Source: an uncultured Gammaproteobacteria bacterium
GTDB taxonomy: Bacteria; Patescibacteriota; Microgenomatia; UBA10105; UBA927
Reading direction: 5' to 3'
Assembly (NCBI GenBank): GCA_964515005.1
Contig: CAZEVT010000004.1
Coordinates: 4,302-68,301 of the forward strand
DNA: 64,000 bases
Below the pieces are notes generated by a model. It ran no database searches. It was not told the origin of the DNA and saw nothing but the letters and a program-made list of their open reading frames with translations. The translations under genes were made by a program, and so were the position numbers. Positions 25,097 to 35,146 of this stretch are shown in pieces. How positions within the stretch are numbered: position 1 is the first letter of the stretch; each line of letters starts with the position of its first letter.

Positions 25097-27448
25097 CAAC
25101 TTTTTCCACCGGATAAGAAGAATTCCCCCGAGGAGTAAAAGTACTCCTCCTCCCATTGCATAAATTCCGAGAGTTAGTGATTGCGGCCAATAATACATAA
25201 AGACGGTATGGTCGCCAGCGGGCACGGGGATGCCGCGGAAGGTAAAGTTGGTCCGGTACACCGGCACTTCTTTTCCGTCAACGCTAGCGTGCCAGCCAGG
25301 GGCGTAGGTGTCGGTGAGGACAAGAAGTCCGCCCGAGGAAGAATGAACGGTCATGGAAAGATCATTCATTCGATATGAATCTATGGAAACAGAATTGTTT
25401 ATGTCTGTTGAAGGGGGTAGTTCAATTGGTTCTTCGATTATTGCAGTATTTCGAAGATCAACAGTATAGAGCGCGTCAAGAATTTCCTGTGGGTCTTTTT
25501 TGACGACGATGTTGGTCGCAATATACGCCCGATCGAGTACATCGGGATTTTCCCAAATCCGGAAATATGTGCCTTCCCACACGGATGTGTGGTTTGGAAA
25601 TACCCGCCCGTACCATCCGCTTTCTTTTCTTTCGACGATATATTTAACGTCCAGCAGGGATAATATTTTTTTATTCATCGTTTCCAAATCAAGCTGTACA
25701 CTTATTCTTGGAATATCATTCGTCAGTTTCCCCCCATTGACCGATGACTGTATGAGTTGACCGTATCGGAGAGGAAAAACAGGATTAAGTCCTTCCGGGC
25801 TATACAACCCGTAGACCACATTTGCTCCAGATGGAATCCTGGACAGGTGATTGGCAAATCCGATTCGGTCATGCCCGGCTATTTTTTGTAGCTGACTGAT
25901 AACCGGGACCTCCGGGTACACAAACTGTCGTTCCCCAAAGTAGAAGCTTTTACTGGTAAAATACCAGGCCGAGGCGACCGTGACGGCTACCAGTATCCAC
26001 TTGGCGCGTTTTGAAATGTGCAAAAACACGAGCGTACCGGCGGTAAGGAATATGGATACCGCAAGGTTGCGCAGGAGCACCATGGGGTATGCTTCGGTAA
26101 CCTTCATCGAACTGACGATAGCTGATCGGATGTTGTGTGCGATTGCACCTGCAGGAAATGTCGGAAGTCCGATCTCGGTGTAGTAGGCCAGAAGAAATAC
26201 TTCAAAAATGATAAGAATCATAAGATACGCGCCTATGACCGGACGTGGTATTTTGGGAATCCCCCGGTCAAACACGCGGGCCGCGAGGACCGCAAGCGCA
26301 AATGAAGTGAGATAAAAAATTCGACTCGGAAGCATAGAGGAGAGAATTGGGATGGGAAGAGAAAAGAGCCACTGCGTAAACGGTGAGGAAAATCCAAGAA
26401 ATAGCGTGATGCCGGCTATCCACCAGAAAAACTTTTCCCATGAAGATTTTTTCTGGAACAATCCAATAATCACAAACACGAGCGGAGTGACCCCGATAAA
26501 GAGCGCCTTATCATAATAGCTGCCGATGCCAAAGAAGTTATACGTCCCCGGATTTCCCAGCCAGTCCGGGTTAAAAAGCGAAAGGATATGGGACCATTGG
26601 ACGAGAAATATAGATCGGATTTCGGGAACCGGAACTATGTCCCGCGGGGACATGCGGTATGCTTCCCACGTGGTACAGAGATACGGCGCAACCAGAAGAA
26701 GTCCGGTGAACCCGGCGGCGATAATTAAGCCAAGCCGCTTCTTTCCGAACACCAGTGCGTACGCCGCGATAAAAAGAAGTTCATATATGCCTATTTGTAA
26801 AAATCCCGACGACAACATGATGGCAACTGAGACGGCGAACGCAGCAAACCAAAGGCGGCGCGGTCGAGTGATGAGCAGATCTAATATCCAAACGAGGAGC
26901 GGCAGCCATATGGCGGTTTGGGAAACGGCAGGATTTTCTTCCATCCAGACGGACATGAATCCCGAGAAAGCAAACGCAACGGCGCCAAAAAATGAAGCCA
27001 GCGGGCTCAATTTGAAATGCCGTAGCATCCCGTAGGTGAAAAGCATTGCGAGGGTGGGTACGAGCAGGACCATGATGGAGAATGCGTCCGGCAGCGACGG
27101 GAAAAGATATAGGTAGGTGAGGGGATACATGGGCGCGGATTGTCCGTCGCCAAACAGCGGCCCGCCGGCAAAATTAAATGGATTCCACAGGGGGAGACTT
27201 TTTTCGGATATGGCGAGACGCAGGAGTGACTTCATCGGGTAAAAGAAGAGTAAATTGTCACCGCCCAGATCTTTAAACGGAATATTCACCCATCCCGGAT
27301 AGCTTTGGGTGTTCCAGGGACTGTAAAAGGCGACGAGTTTGTTGGTTGGAAAAAGTATTTTGCCCCCAAAAAGATAGCTGCGGAAGAAAAAAGCAACGAC
27401 ACCGACGATGAGCCCGATGATAAGAAGATTTCTTTTCATTTCGCTCAT
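25088..27448 (-). CDS. YfhO-like GT-C membrane glycosyltransferase
   Basis: LPLWNP.NFAG.P, multiple TMs, C-terminal LVLTDTYAPGWHASVDG. Confidence 0.88.
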   Translation of the reverse strand: MSEMKRNLLIIGLIVGVVAFFFRSYLFGGKILFPTNKLVAFYSPWNTQSYPGWVNIPFKDLGGDNLLFFYPMKSLLRLAISEKSLPLWNPFNFAGGPLFGDGQSAPMYPLTYLYLFPSLPDAFSIMVLLVPTLAMLFTYGMLRHFKLSPLASFFGAVAFAFSGFMSVWMEENPAVSQTAIWLPLLVWILDLLITRPRRLWFAAFAVSVAIMLSSGFLQIGIYELLFIAAYALVFGKKRLGLIIAAGFTGLLLVAPYLCTTWEAYRMSPRDIVPVPEIRSIFLVQWSHILSLFNPDWLGNPGTYNFFGIGSYYDKALFIGVTPLVFVIIGLFQKKSSWEKFFWWIAGITLFLGFSSPFTQWLFSLPIPILSSMLPSRIFYLTSFALAVLAARVFDRGIPKIPRPVIGAYLMILIIFEVFLLAYYTEIGLPTFPAGAIAHNIRSAIVSSMKVTEAYPMVLLRNLAVSIFLTAGTLVFLHISKRAKWILVAVTVASAWYFTSKSFYFGERQFVYPEVPVISQLQKIAGHDRIGFANHLSRIPSGANVVYGLYSPEGLNPVFPLRYGQLIQSSVNGGKLTNDIPRISVQLDLETMNKKILSLLDVKYIVERKESGWYGRVFPNHTSVWEGTYFRIWENPDVLDRAYIATNIVVKKDPQEILDALYTVDLRNTAIIEEPIELPPSTDINNSVSIDSYRMNDLSMTVHSSSGGLLVLTDTYAPGWHASVDGKEVPVYRTNFTFRGIPVPAGDHTVFMYYWPQSLTLGIYAMGGGVLLLLGGILLIRWKKLSA

Positions 27449-27475
27449 TATACTGCATGTGGTAGAATATGAAAT

Positions 27476-28522
27476 GTGAAAAGTGAGACAAAATTATTCC
27501 TCGGGATCATCCTCGGCACGGTCGCCATTGTAGCGGCTGGAATATTTCTTTTGAGTAAACCTGCGGGAACGAACAAAGTCGACAGTTCACTTCTTGTCCG
27601 GGAAGACAGTCAAAAAATAGCGACCGGATCCGGGGCTGTTGTGCTCGTTGAGTTTTCCGATTTTCAGTGTCCGGCATGCGGGGCGTACTACCCGATAGTG
27701 AAAAAACTCGTAGAGGAGTTTGCCAAAGATCTCACATTTGTCTATCGCAATTATCCCTTAATTTCCATTCACGAGAATGCGTTTCTTGCGGCCCAGACTG
27801 CTGAGGCGGCAGGGAAACAGGGGAAGTATTGGGAGATCCATGATCTTCTTTTTGAGAATCAAAAAGAATGGTCGAAAGTCGGGAATGCCCGTGAGCTTTT
27901 TATCGGGTATGCAAAAACGTTAGGAATTACCCTGGACATAGATGCGCAGGATGTGAAAGACAAAGTACAAAGAGATATGGCAGATGGAAATGCGCTTGGC
28001 ATCAGCGGTACGCCCACGTTTTTCGTCAACGGCGAGAAGATACAGAATCCGGCAAATCTGGCAGCGTTCGAAGCCGTCATCAAAGCAGCGATCGAAAAAG
28101 CTCCGAAGCCCACAACAGGATCTGAAGAGGCCGTACATATACACTTTAACCTCGCGGTAAATCTCGGCGGGAAGATTCTTGATTTTTCGCTTCCCAAATA
28201 TCAGGAAACCACAGAATCGATTCACTTCCATGATAACAAAGGAGATATGGTGCACATTCATAAAGCAAATGCGACGCTCAAGGAACTTTTTGATTCTCTG
28301 GGAGTATCGGTTGCCGGCGCAAAAATGTATGTGAACGGGAAAGAAAACAGTACGCTTTTGGGTTATGCACCGCAGGATCTAGACCGCATTCTCATTACCG
28401 ACGGACCAATGGTGAGCGTTGCCGACGATGCCTGTATTTATTCAGAAACATGTCCCGAGCGGGGTACGCCGCCTACCGAGGAATGCGTCGGGGGCTTAGG
28501 GACCGACTGCGTGGAAAAATAA
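27476..28522 (+). CDS. DsbA-family thioredoxin with a His/Cys-rich C-terminal domain
   Basis: TM anchor, EFSDFQCPAC, GTPTFFVNG, then HIH..IHFHD..HIH and a 4-Cys tail. Confidence 0.9.
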   Translation: MKSETKLFLGIILGTVAIVAAGIFLLSKPAGTNKVDSSLLVREDSQKIATGSGAVVLVEFSDFQCPACGAYYPIVKKLVEEFAKDLTFVYRNYPLISIHENAFLAAQTAEAAGKQGKYWEIHDLLFENQKEWSKVGNARELFIGYAKTLGITLDIDAQDVKDKVQRDMADGNALGISGTPTFFVNGEKIQNPANLAAFEAVIKAAIEKAPKPTTGSEEAVHIHFNLAVNLGGKILDFSLPKYQETTESIHFHDNKGDMVHIHKANATLKELFDSLGVSVAGAKMYVNGKENSTLLGYAPQDLDRILITDGPMVSVADDACIYSETCPERGTPPTEECVGGLGTDCVEK

Positions 28523-28526
28523 TCAC

Positions 28527-29378
28527 ATGACCTGGCAACTTCTCATATTATTTAGTGTCCTTACCTATTCTGTTTCCGTCCTTCTCCAGCGAATTCTTGT
28601 CAAAGAAGATAAAAGCGATCCTATATCCTTTGCGATTCTGTTTCAGTTCATAACGGGCATATTTATCGGGGTTTATGGATTCGCAACCCAAGATATGAGC
28701 CTCCCCAACCTGACTCCGATTCTTGGAAATATTTTTCTCATGATTACTATGTACACGCTGGGCAATTATTTTTTGTTTACCGCGCTTCAAAAAATTGAAG
28801 CATCGAAATTTACCGTCATCTTTTCGAGCCGGGCGATTTTTACGGTTATTGCATCGACCATATTCCTCCGGGAGTCACTCGACGCAGGACAATGGTTTGG
28901 CGCGCTCCTTATTCTGTTTGCCATTTTACTCGTTACCGGGAAAATTCGGACACTCACGTTTCAGAAGCCCGAATGGTATGCGCTTCTTGCTGCAGTATGT
29001 TTCGGGGTAGAAATTACCAATGACCGTATACTCCTTAACTCACTATCGGTGTACCCTTTTGCATTTTGGGGATTTCTTCTTCCGGGGTTGGCACTACTCC
29101 TGATATACAAGAAATCAGTTCGTAATATGTCGCGATATTTTCGTCCGAAAACACTCCGGACAATTTTGCTTTTATGCGCGATTTATGCCGCAAGCGCGGT
29201 TACTTTTTTTGTTGCTCTTCAAATGGCCCCAAATTCGTCACAAGTGGCGACTATTAATTTAACAAACGTGATTGTGATCGTACTTTTGTCGATTGTGTTT
29301 CTACGGGAACGAACCGATTGGGTGAAGAGAGTTATCGGTGCGGTCTTGAGTTTTGTCGGATTGCTACTCGTAAATTAA
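28527..29378 (+). CDS. EamA/DMT family transporter
   Basis: About 10 TMs in two repeats, each ending FLRE. Confidence 0.88.
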   Translation: MTWQLLILFSVLTYSVSVLLQRILVKEDKSDPISFAILFQFITGIFIGVYGFATQDMSLPNLTPILGNIFLMITMYTLGNYFLFTALQKIEASKFTVIFSSRAIFTVIASTIFLRESLDAGQWFGALLILFAILLVTGKIRTLTFQKPEWYALLAAVCFGVEITNDRILLNSLSVYPFAFWGFLLPGLALLLIYKKSVRNMSRYFRPKTLRTILLLCAIYAASAVTFFVALQMAPNSSQVATINLTNVIVIVLLSIVFLRERTDWVKRVIGAVLSFVGLLLVN

Positions 29379-29426
29379 CGAAAGTGATCCCTTGCGGAAG
29401 TAGATATTTGTAAGTAAAATAACATA

Positions 29427-29494
29427 TACTCATTTTACTCAGGTTTGCAGCCCGATAGGGCGAAAAAACTGATTAGATGAGTAGATACCCGGAC
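29427..29494. repeat. 68-nt structured intergenic repeat, copy 3
   Basis: Outer stem TACTCA/TGAGTA, inner GCCC-GATA-GGGC, tail GATACCCGGAC. Confidence 0.85.
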
Positions 29495-29515
29495 GGGTAA
29501 AATCCCTTGGAATAT

Positions 29516-30343
29516 ATGAAGATATTTAAAAACTTTAAGCTTCCTTCAAACTCCGTCCAAACCATATTGGTTATTGCTCTTATCGCGGCCGCCTATTTCA
29601 TCGGGAATCTTTCGGCAAAAGTCCAGTTGCTTCAGGGAGGCGCAGGTGCTCCTACGACCGCACAGCCGGATGCTGCTGCTCCAGTAGTGACACTTGATCA
29701 GATTAAGGAAGTATTTAAAAAGGGTGTTATTAAATTCGGCGACGTCAACAGCAAGCTTCTTTTTGTGGAAGTGGCAGATCCGAGCTGTCCGTACTGTCAT
29801 ATTGCCGCCGGTAAAAACCCTGAGCTGAATAACACATCTGACCAATTTAAACTGGTTTCCGCGGGAGGAACCTACCTGGCACCGGTGCCGGAAATGAAAA
29901 AGTTGGTCGATGCTGGAAAAGCGGCATTTGTCTGGTTGTATACCAGCGGGCACGGGAACGGGGAAATGGGAACCAAAGCACTCTACTGCGCCTTTGAAAA
30001 AGGAAAATTCTGGGAAGCGCATGACCTTCTTATGACGGCAAAAGGGTATGAACTTCTCAACGGCACAACGGCGGCGGGTGCGGCTACGACCGGACCGGTT
30101 GTGAAAAATGATAAAACAAAATCCGGCGAGCTTGCAGCCTTCTTGGCGCCAGCCGTTGACTCCGCATTTCTCAAGTCGTGCCTTGATTCCGGCAAATATG
30201 ACGGGCGAATTTCTGAAGACAGCCAACTGGCTGCGGGCGTTGGGATCACCGGTACCCCGGGATTCTTTGTGAACGAACGGTCATTTTCCGGGGCATATAG
30301 CTTCAAAGACATGCAGCCTTTAGTTGACGCCGCACTTAAGTAA
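29516..30343 (+). CDS. DsbA-family thioredoxin
   Basis: TM anchor, DPSCPYC, GTPGFFVN, GAY. Confidence 0.88.
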   Translation: MKIFKNFKLPSNSVQTILVIALIAAAYFIGNLSAKVQLLQGGAGAPTTAQPDAAAPVVTLDQIKEVFKKGVIKFGDVNSKLLFVEVADPSCPYCHIAAGKNPELNNTSDQFKLVSAGGTYLAPVPEMKKLVDAGKAAFVWLYTSGHGNGEMGTKALYCAFEKGKFWEAHDLLMTAKGYELLNGTTAAGAATTGPVVKNDKTKSGELAAFLAPAVDSAFLKSCLDSGKYDGRISEDSQLAAGVGITGTPGFFVNERSFSGAYSFKDMQPLVDAALK

Positions 30344-30348
30344 ACCTG

Positions 30349-30846
30349 TTAGCTCTTTCGCCTCTTTGCCGTATGCCCATTTAATCGATACCCGTGAGTA
30401 AGGGCAATGGCCAGCGCATCTGCCGTATCATCCGGTTTCGGAATTTCCCGCAAATGCAGTAGTTTCGTTACCGTCTTTTGTACATCCTTTTTTTCCGCCC
30501 TTCCGTTGCCGCAGATGGTTAATTTGACTGACGGGGGAGAGTAGGAAATAACCGGAATGTTGTGAGTGGCAGCCGCCAGAATTATTACTCCTCGAGCTTG
30601 CCCGACCGCCATGACCGTTTTTGCGTTTGAGGCAAAAAAGAGGAGCTCAATGCTTACATATTCCGGCTTATATTTGACAACGATGTGTAATATTTTCTGG
30701 TAAATAATCAGAAGTCGCTCTTGGGGGCTCTCTGTTTTTTCCGTCTCAATACATCCGTACGCAATTGCGTGAAACTTTGATTTTTGTTTATCGAGTATCG
30801 CCCAGCCGACACGTGCAGTTCCCGGATCGATACCTAAGATAATCAT
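30349..30846 (-). CDS. ruvC: Holliday junction resolvase RuvC
   Basis: ILGIDPG, IELLFF, GQARGV, PDDTADALAIA. Confidence 0.97.
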   Translation of the reverse strand: MIILGIDPGTARVGWAILDKQKSKFHAIAYGCIETEKTESPQERLLIIYQKILHIVVKYKPEYVSIELLFFASNAKTVMAVGQARGVIILAAATHNIPVISYSPPSVKLTICGNGRAEKKDVQKTVTKLLHLREIPKPDDTADALAIALTHGYRLNGHTAKRRKS

Positions 30847-30848
30847 GT

Positions 30849-30866
30849 CATGTAGTATACTACATG
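30849..30866. promoter_or_regulatory. perfect 18-bp palindrome, putative bidirectional -10 element
   Basis: CATGTAGTATACTACATG between divergent genes; TATACT on both strands. Confidence 0.6.
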
Positions 30867-30887
30867 TGTGATCAAGTTTATTCAGCC

Positions 30888-31232
30888 ATGATGAATTTTC
30901 TTTTTGCCCTTATTGTCGCCGCAGTATCCGCATCGGGGGGCAGCCTCTTGTGGCCGCGGTTGACGAGCGTGCCCCGCCCGCAATTACTTCAGCAGATACA
31001 CGATTTCGTCATCCATACGCCGATGGGTACGCAGGCGGCTACGGTGCTGGGAGTTGCGGACGAAGCGAACGTTGAGCCCCTCGATGGCGGCGCGATTGTC
31101 GGAGGCGCTATGGGAGCTCTGAAAGATGCGGTGCAAAAGCGGGCAGAAGCGATTATCATTACACAGGTCACCCGACAGATTTCCCAAAACCAGGAGTTAC
31201 GGGAACTTATTTGCAAACCGGAGCGTCAATAA
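30888..31232 (+). CDS. hypothetical exported/membrane protein
   Basis: Hydrophobic N-terminus; TAATG coupling to the next gene. Alternative start at 30864. Confidence 0.7.
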   Translation: MMNFLFALIVAAVSASGGSLLWPRLTSVPRPQLLQQIHDFVIHTPMGTQAATVLGVADEANVEPLDGGAIVGGAMGALKDAVQKRAEAIIITQVTRQISQNQELRELICKPERQ

Positions 31233-31981
31233 TGGCATTTTTTTACGCACTCGCGGCCGTCACTATCGTCAGCTTGCTATCACTTCTGGGGGCGATATTT
31301 ATATCGCTACAGCGGAAATTTTTGGATTCGTTCACGACCTACATGGTCGCGTTTTCATCAGGCATATTACTCGGGACGACGTTTTATGATCTGGTACCGG
31401 AGGGACATGCGGGGGTGGGCGACGCGGTATACACGTGGGTTATCATCGGTATCGTTGCGTTTTTTATTCTCGAGAAATTCATTCATTGGCATCATCATAA
31501 AGAAGATCTTGAAGGTCATACGGAGGAGAAAAAACATGTTGCGTATCTGACGCTTATCGGTGACGGGATTCATAACTTTTTGGACGGGACGATCATTGCC
31601 GTTACATTCCTGACCAGTATTCCGCTGGGGGTTGCAACTACGATTGCCGTTATCGCCCATGAGATACCGCACGAACTTGGCGACTTTTTCCTTTTGACGT
31701 ACGGCGGGTTTCCCAACAAAAAAGCGCTCTGGTACAACTTCTTGTCCGCGCTTACCGCAGTTGCCGGAACGGTGTTTGTATTTATCTTTTCCAAAAACGT
31801 TCTGTCTTTTGCTCCGTATGTTGTCGGGTTTGCGGCAGGTAACTTCCTGTATATTGCGTCTTCTGATCTCATTCCCGCACTTCACGAAAAACGAAATATC
31901 AAAACGTCGCTCCTTCAGATCATCTGTTTGGTATCCGGAGTTATCCTCATGCGTATGCTCACGCAATTTTTGGCTGGGTGA
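31232..31981 (+). CDS. ZIP family metal transporter
   Basis: HWHHH loop, GDGIHNFLDG, AHEIPHELGDF. Confidence 0.95.
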   Translation: MAFFYALAAVTIVSLLSLLGAIFISLQRKFLDSFTTYMVAFSSGILLGTTFYDLVPEGHAGVGDAVYTWVIIGIVAFFILEKFIHWHHHKEDLEGHTEEKKHVAYLTLIGDGIHNFLDGTIIAVTFLTSIPLGVATTIAVIAHEIPHELGDFFLLTYGGFPNKKALWYNFLSALTAVAGTVFVFIFSKNVLSFAPYVVGFAAGNFLYIASSDLIPALHEKRNIKTSLLQIICLVSGVILMRMLTQFLAG

Positions 31982-32001
31982 ACGTGGTAAAATAAGCATC
32001 T

Positions 32002-33027
32002 ATGATGAAAGCTCCTATGGACCAGTCTCTCGCCACACGCGCCAAGGAGCTTATTGCCAAACTCAATCTCGATGGGAAACGTAAAGCGATCCGTGAGCTT
32101 GAAGCTCTCTCTTCCCAACCCGATTTTTGGAAGGATTCTCAAGCCGCGGTCAAAAAGATGAAGGAAATGGCGGCCCTGCAAAAAGAGCTTGCAGAAGGGG
32201 AGATGCTTGAACTGTACCTTTCCGAAGGAAAAGAAACGGAACTTGCAAAAGAATTGGACCGCATGGAGTTTGCCTTATATCTTTCCGGCCCCTATGACCG
32301 GGGCGATGCCATTTTTTCCATACACTCCGGCCAGGGTGGAACGGAAGCCATGGACTGGACGAGCATGCTGTACCGCATGTACACCCGCTACATAGAAAGA
32401 AAAGGATGGGCGGCAGAGGAAATAGATTATACGCAGGGGGAAGAAGCGGGTATTAAGATGGTCACGGTTGCCGTGACCGGTGCGTACGCGTACGGATTTT
32501 TAAAGGCCGAAGTGGGCGTTCACCGACTCGTGCGACAGTCGCCGTTTAACGCGGATAACCTGCGGCAGACATCATTTGCCATGGTTGAGGTGTTGCCGGT
32601 GGTTGATGAAAATTCCGATATTGAAATTAAGGAAGACGAGTTGGAGTGGGACTTTTATCGGTCCGGGGGCAAAGGCGGACAAAATGTGAACAAGGTGTCA
32701 ACTGCGGTGAGACTCAAGCATAAGCCGACCGGCATTATTGTAACGAGTCAGGCTCAGCGCTATCAGGGACAAAACCGCGAGTATGCCCTGAAGGTACTTC
32801 GCGCCAAACTCTGGGAACGGCAGGAGCAAAAACGCCTTGAAGAGGAAAAATCCGTCCGCGGCGTCTACAAAACTCCGGGGTGGGGAAATCAGATTCGATC
32901 GTATGTTCTTCACCCGTATCACATGGTGAAGGATCTGCGTACGCAGTTTGAAACAGGTAATACCGATCGGGTTTTAGACGGCGACATCGATGACTTCGTG
33001 ATCGCGTACTTGAAAAAAATATCGTAA
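32002..33027 (+). CDS. prfB: peptide chain release factor 2
   Basis: GVHRLVRQSPF (SPF anticodon-like tripeptide), GGQNVNK, WGNQIRSYV. Confidence 0.97.
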   Translation: MMKAPMDQSLATRAKELIAKLNLDGKRKAIRELEALSSQPDFWKDSQAAVKKMKEMAALQKELAEGEMLELYLSEGKETELAKELDRMEFALYLSGPYDRGDAIFSIHSGQGGTEAMDWTSMLYRMYTRYIERKGWAAEEIDYTQGEEAGIKMVTVAVTGAYAYGFLKAEVGVHRLVRQSPFNADNLRQTSFAMVEVLPVVDENSDIEIKEDELEWDFYRSGGKGGQNVNKVSTAVRLKHKPTGIIVTSQAQRYQGQNREYALKVLRAKLWERQEQKRLEEEKSVRGVYKTPGWGNQIRSYVLHPYHMVKDLRTQFETGNTDRVLDGDIDDFVIAYLKKIS

Positions 33028-33060
33028 GGCTTGATAATGGGAGGACGGGGTAAGTGTCCT

Positions 33061-33534
33061 ATGAAACAAACCATGTCAGCAGATGCACAAGTATCAAGAG
33101 GGGTAAAGGACGCGCCTCATATTGAACCGATTGATGGAAAAGAAAAAGGAGAAAGATCTATGAACATAAAGCCACAGCGAGTAGTTTTAGCAGTTTATGT
33201 TGTGCTGGTTCTTTTGGGTGTGGGGACAGGATATCTTTTGTCCCGGTCGGGTGCAGCCGGCCCGTCGGTTATTCAAACTGACAAAGTTTCAGGAAGTACG
33301 GACACCAAGACATTTAAAGATTCCGCAGAAGGTACAATCGAAAAAGACGGCGCCGCCGGCGAAGGAACGCACCAGCTTGTCCGGGACGGTGGGCCGTCCC
33401 AGACCGTGACCCTTATCTCATCTGTTGTCGATTTGGACCTGTTTGCCGGGAAGAAAGTAAAAGTCTGGGGTCAAACGATGGCAGCCAAAAAAGTAGCCTG
33501 GCTTATGGATGTGGGCAAAGTAGAGCTGCAATGA
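33061..33534 (+). CDS. single-TM hypothetical protein (beta-rich extracellular domain)
   Basis: TM helix then GEGTHQLVRDGGPSQT..LDLF.GKKVKVWG. Start position uncertain. Confidence 0.75.
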   Translation: MKQTMSADAQVSRGVKDAPHIEPIDGKEKGERSMNIKPQRVVLAVYVVLVLLGVGTGYLLSRSGAAGPSVIQTDKVSGSTDTKTFKDSAEGTIEKDGAAGEGTHQLVRDGGPSQTVTLISSVVDLDLFAGKKVKVWGQTMAAKKVAWLMDVGKVELQ

Positions 33535-34256
33535 TTCGATTCGATCATGTCGATAAACAATACGCCGGGCACTCACACGCCCTGTCAGATCTAACCGTAG
33601 AAATTGGTGACGGAGAGTTTGTGTTTCTTATCGGTCCCTCGGGTGCCGGGAAAACGACATTTTTGCGCCTCCTCATCCGAGATTTGCTCCCATCGGCGGG
33701 CACGATTCATGTGGATTCCTGGAAAATCAATACGCTTCCTTCGGCAAAGGTTCATCTTCTCCGAAGAAAAATAGGGACCGTGTTTCAGGATTTTAAGCTT
33801 CTGACTGACCGCACGGTATTTGAAAACGTCGCCCTGGGGCTTGAGATTCTCGGCAAAAGCCCGAAGGAGATAGCCTCACGGGTTACGGATGTTTTGGAGC
33901 TTGTGGGATTGCCGGGGAAAAAGAACTCTTTCCCCCGCGAGCTATCGGCCGGCGAAATGCAGCGGACGGGGATTGCTAGGGCCATTGTCGGCGGGCCGAC
34001 GATCCTTCTTGCTGACGAGCCGACCGGCAATTTGGACCCGGATACCGCATCGGAAATTCTGGATATCCTCACGGAGATAAATAAGATCGGGACCACGATT
34101 GTCATGGCCACGCATAATGCAAACATTGTGAATGCATTGAAGAAGCGAACCATCGCCCTTCACGAAGGACGCCTCGTGAGCGATGAGGCGAGGGGGAAAT
34201 ATCATGTCACATCAAAAACAAAAGAGGTAAAGAAGAAACATCCATCACATGGTTAG
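33531..34256 (+). CDS. ftsE: cell division ABC ATPase FtsE
   Basis: GPSGAGKTT, VFQDFKLL, LADEPTGNLD, ATH; followed by ftsX. Confidence 0.95.
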   Translation: MIRFDHVDKQYAGHSHALSDLTVEIGDGEFVFLIGPSGAGKTTFLRLLIRDLLPSAGTIHVDSWKINTLPSAKVHLLRRKIGTVFQDFKLLTDRTVFENVALGLEILGKSPKEIASRVTDVLELVGLPGKKNSFPRELSAGEMQRTGIARAIVGGPTILLADEPTGNLDPDTASEILDILTEINKIGTTIVMATHNANIVNALKKRTIALHEGRLVSDEARGKYHVTSKTKEVKKKHPSHG

Positions 34257-35136
34257 TCTCTGGACACATATCAGGCGGTCACCCTATCAGTCTATGGCTG
34301 CGGTACTCACCATGTTTTTGACATTCCTCCTGGGCGGGTTTTTCTTTATCGCCATGGTCACGTCGGCCCTCGTCCTTCAGTTTTTTGAGAGTAAACCCCA
34401 GATTACGGTCTTTTTTGCGGACCGCGCAACGCAGGCCGATGCAGACGCGCTCAAAAAAACGCTTGAAGGAACCGGCAAGGTGCTCTCCACCAAATACGTA
34501 ACGAAAGAAGATGCGCTCGCCATCTACCGTGAGCAAAATAAAAGCGATCCCTTGCTTCTTGAGATGGTAACGGCAGATATTCTTCCTGCCTCTCTTGAAG
34601 TATCAGCCCTTGACCCTTCCTATCTCTCTGAACTGGCGCCGTCAATCCGCGCCGCAAACGGAGTCGAGGAGGTTGTGTTTCAAAAGGATGTTGTCGATAC
34701 GCTACTTGCGTGGACCAATGCAATACGCATCGTCGGAGGTACGCTCGCAACGCTTTTGGCACTGGACTCACTTCTTATTATCATGACCGTCATCAGTATG
34801 AAAATTGCCCTTAAGCGGGATGAAATAGAAATTCTAAACCTGGTGGGCGCCAGCCCCTGGTATATCCGCACGCCGTTTGTCCTGGAAGGGGGATTTTACG
34901 GGGCAATCGGTGCATTTGGGTCGTGGATTATTATCACCGGCCTCATCGTGTGGGTGCAACCCGTCGTCGTTTCATTTTTGGGGACGATCCCCGCGGTTTC
35001 CGGGGTACTGGGAAATCTGGGATCGCCCGCTTTTTTCCTCGCGGGCACAGGATTTTTGACTGCCATGCTCGTCATCGGATTTCTTTTGGGAAGCGTCGGG
35101 AGTTATATCGCGGTGAAGAGGTTTTTGAAAATTTGA
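34249..35136 (+). CDS. ftsX: cell division permease FtsX
   Basis: 4 TMs, YVTKEDAL, LPASLEV, EIEILNLVGASPWYIRTPF. Confidence 0.95.
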   Translation: MVSLWTHIRRSPYQSMAAVLTMFLTFLLGGFFFIAMVTSALVLQFFESKPQITVFFADRATQADADALKKTLEGTGKVLSTKYVTKEDALAIYREQNKSDPLLLEMVTADILPASLEVSALDPSYLSELAPSIRAANGVEEVVFQKDVVDTLLAWTNAIRIVGGTLATLLALDSLLIIMTVISMKIALKRDEIEILNLVGASPWYIRTPFVLEGGFYGAIGAFGSWIIITGLIVWVQPVVVSFLGTIPAVSGVLGNLGSPAFFLAGTGFLTAMLVIGFLLGSVGSYIAVKRFLKI

Positions 35137-35146
35137 CGGCACATGC

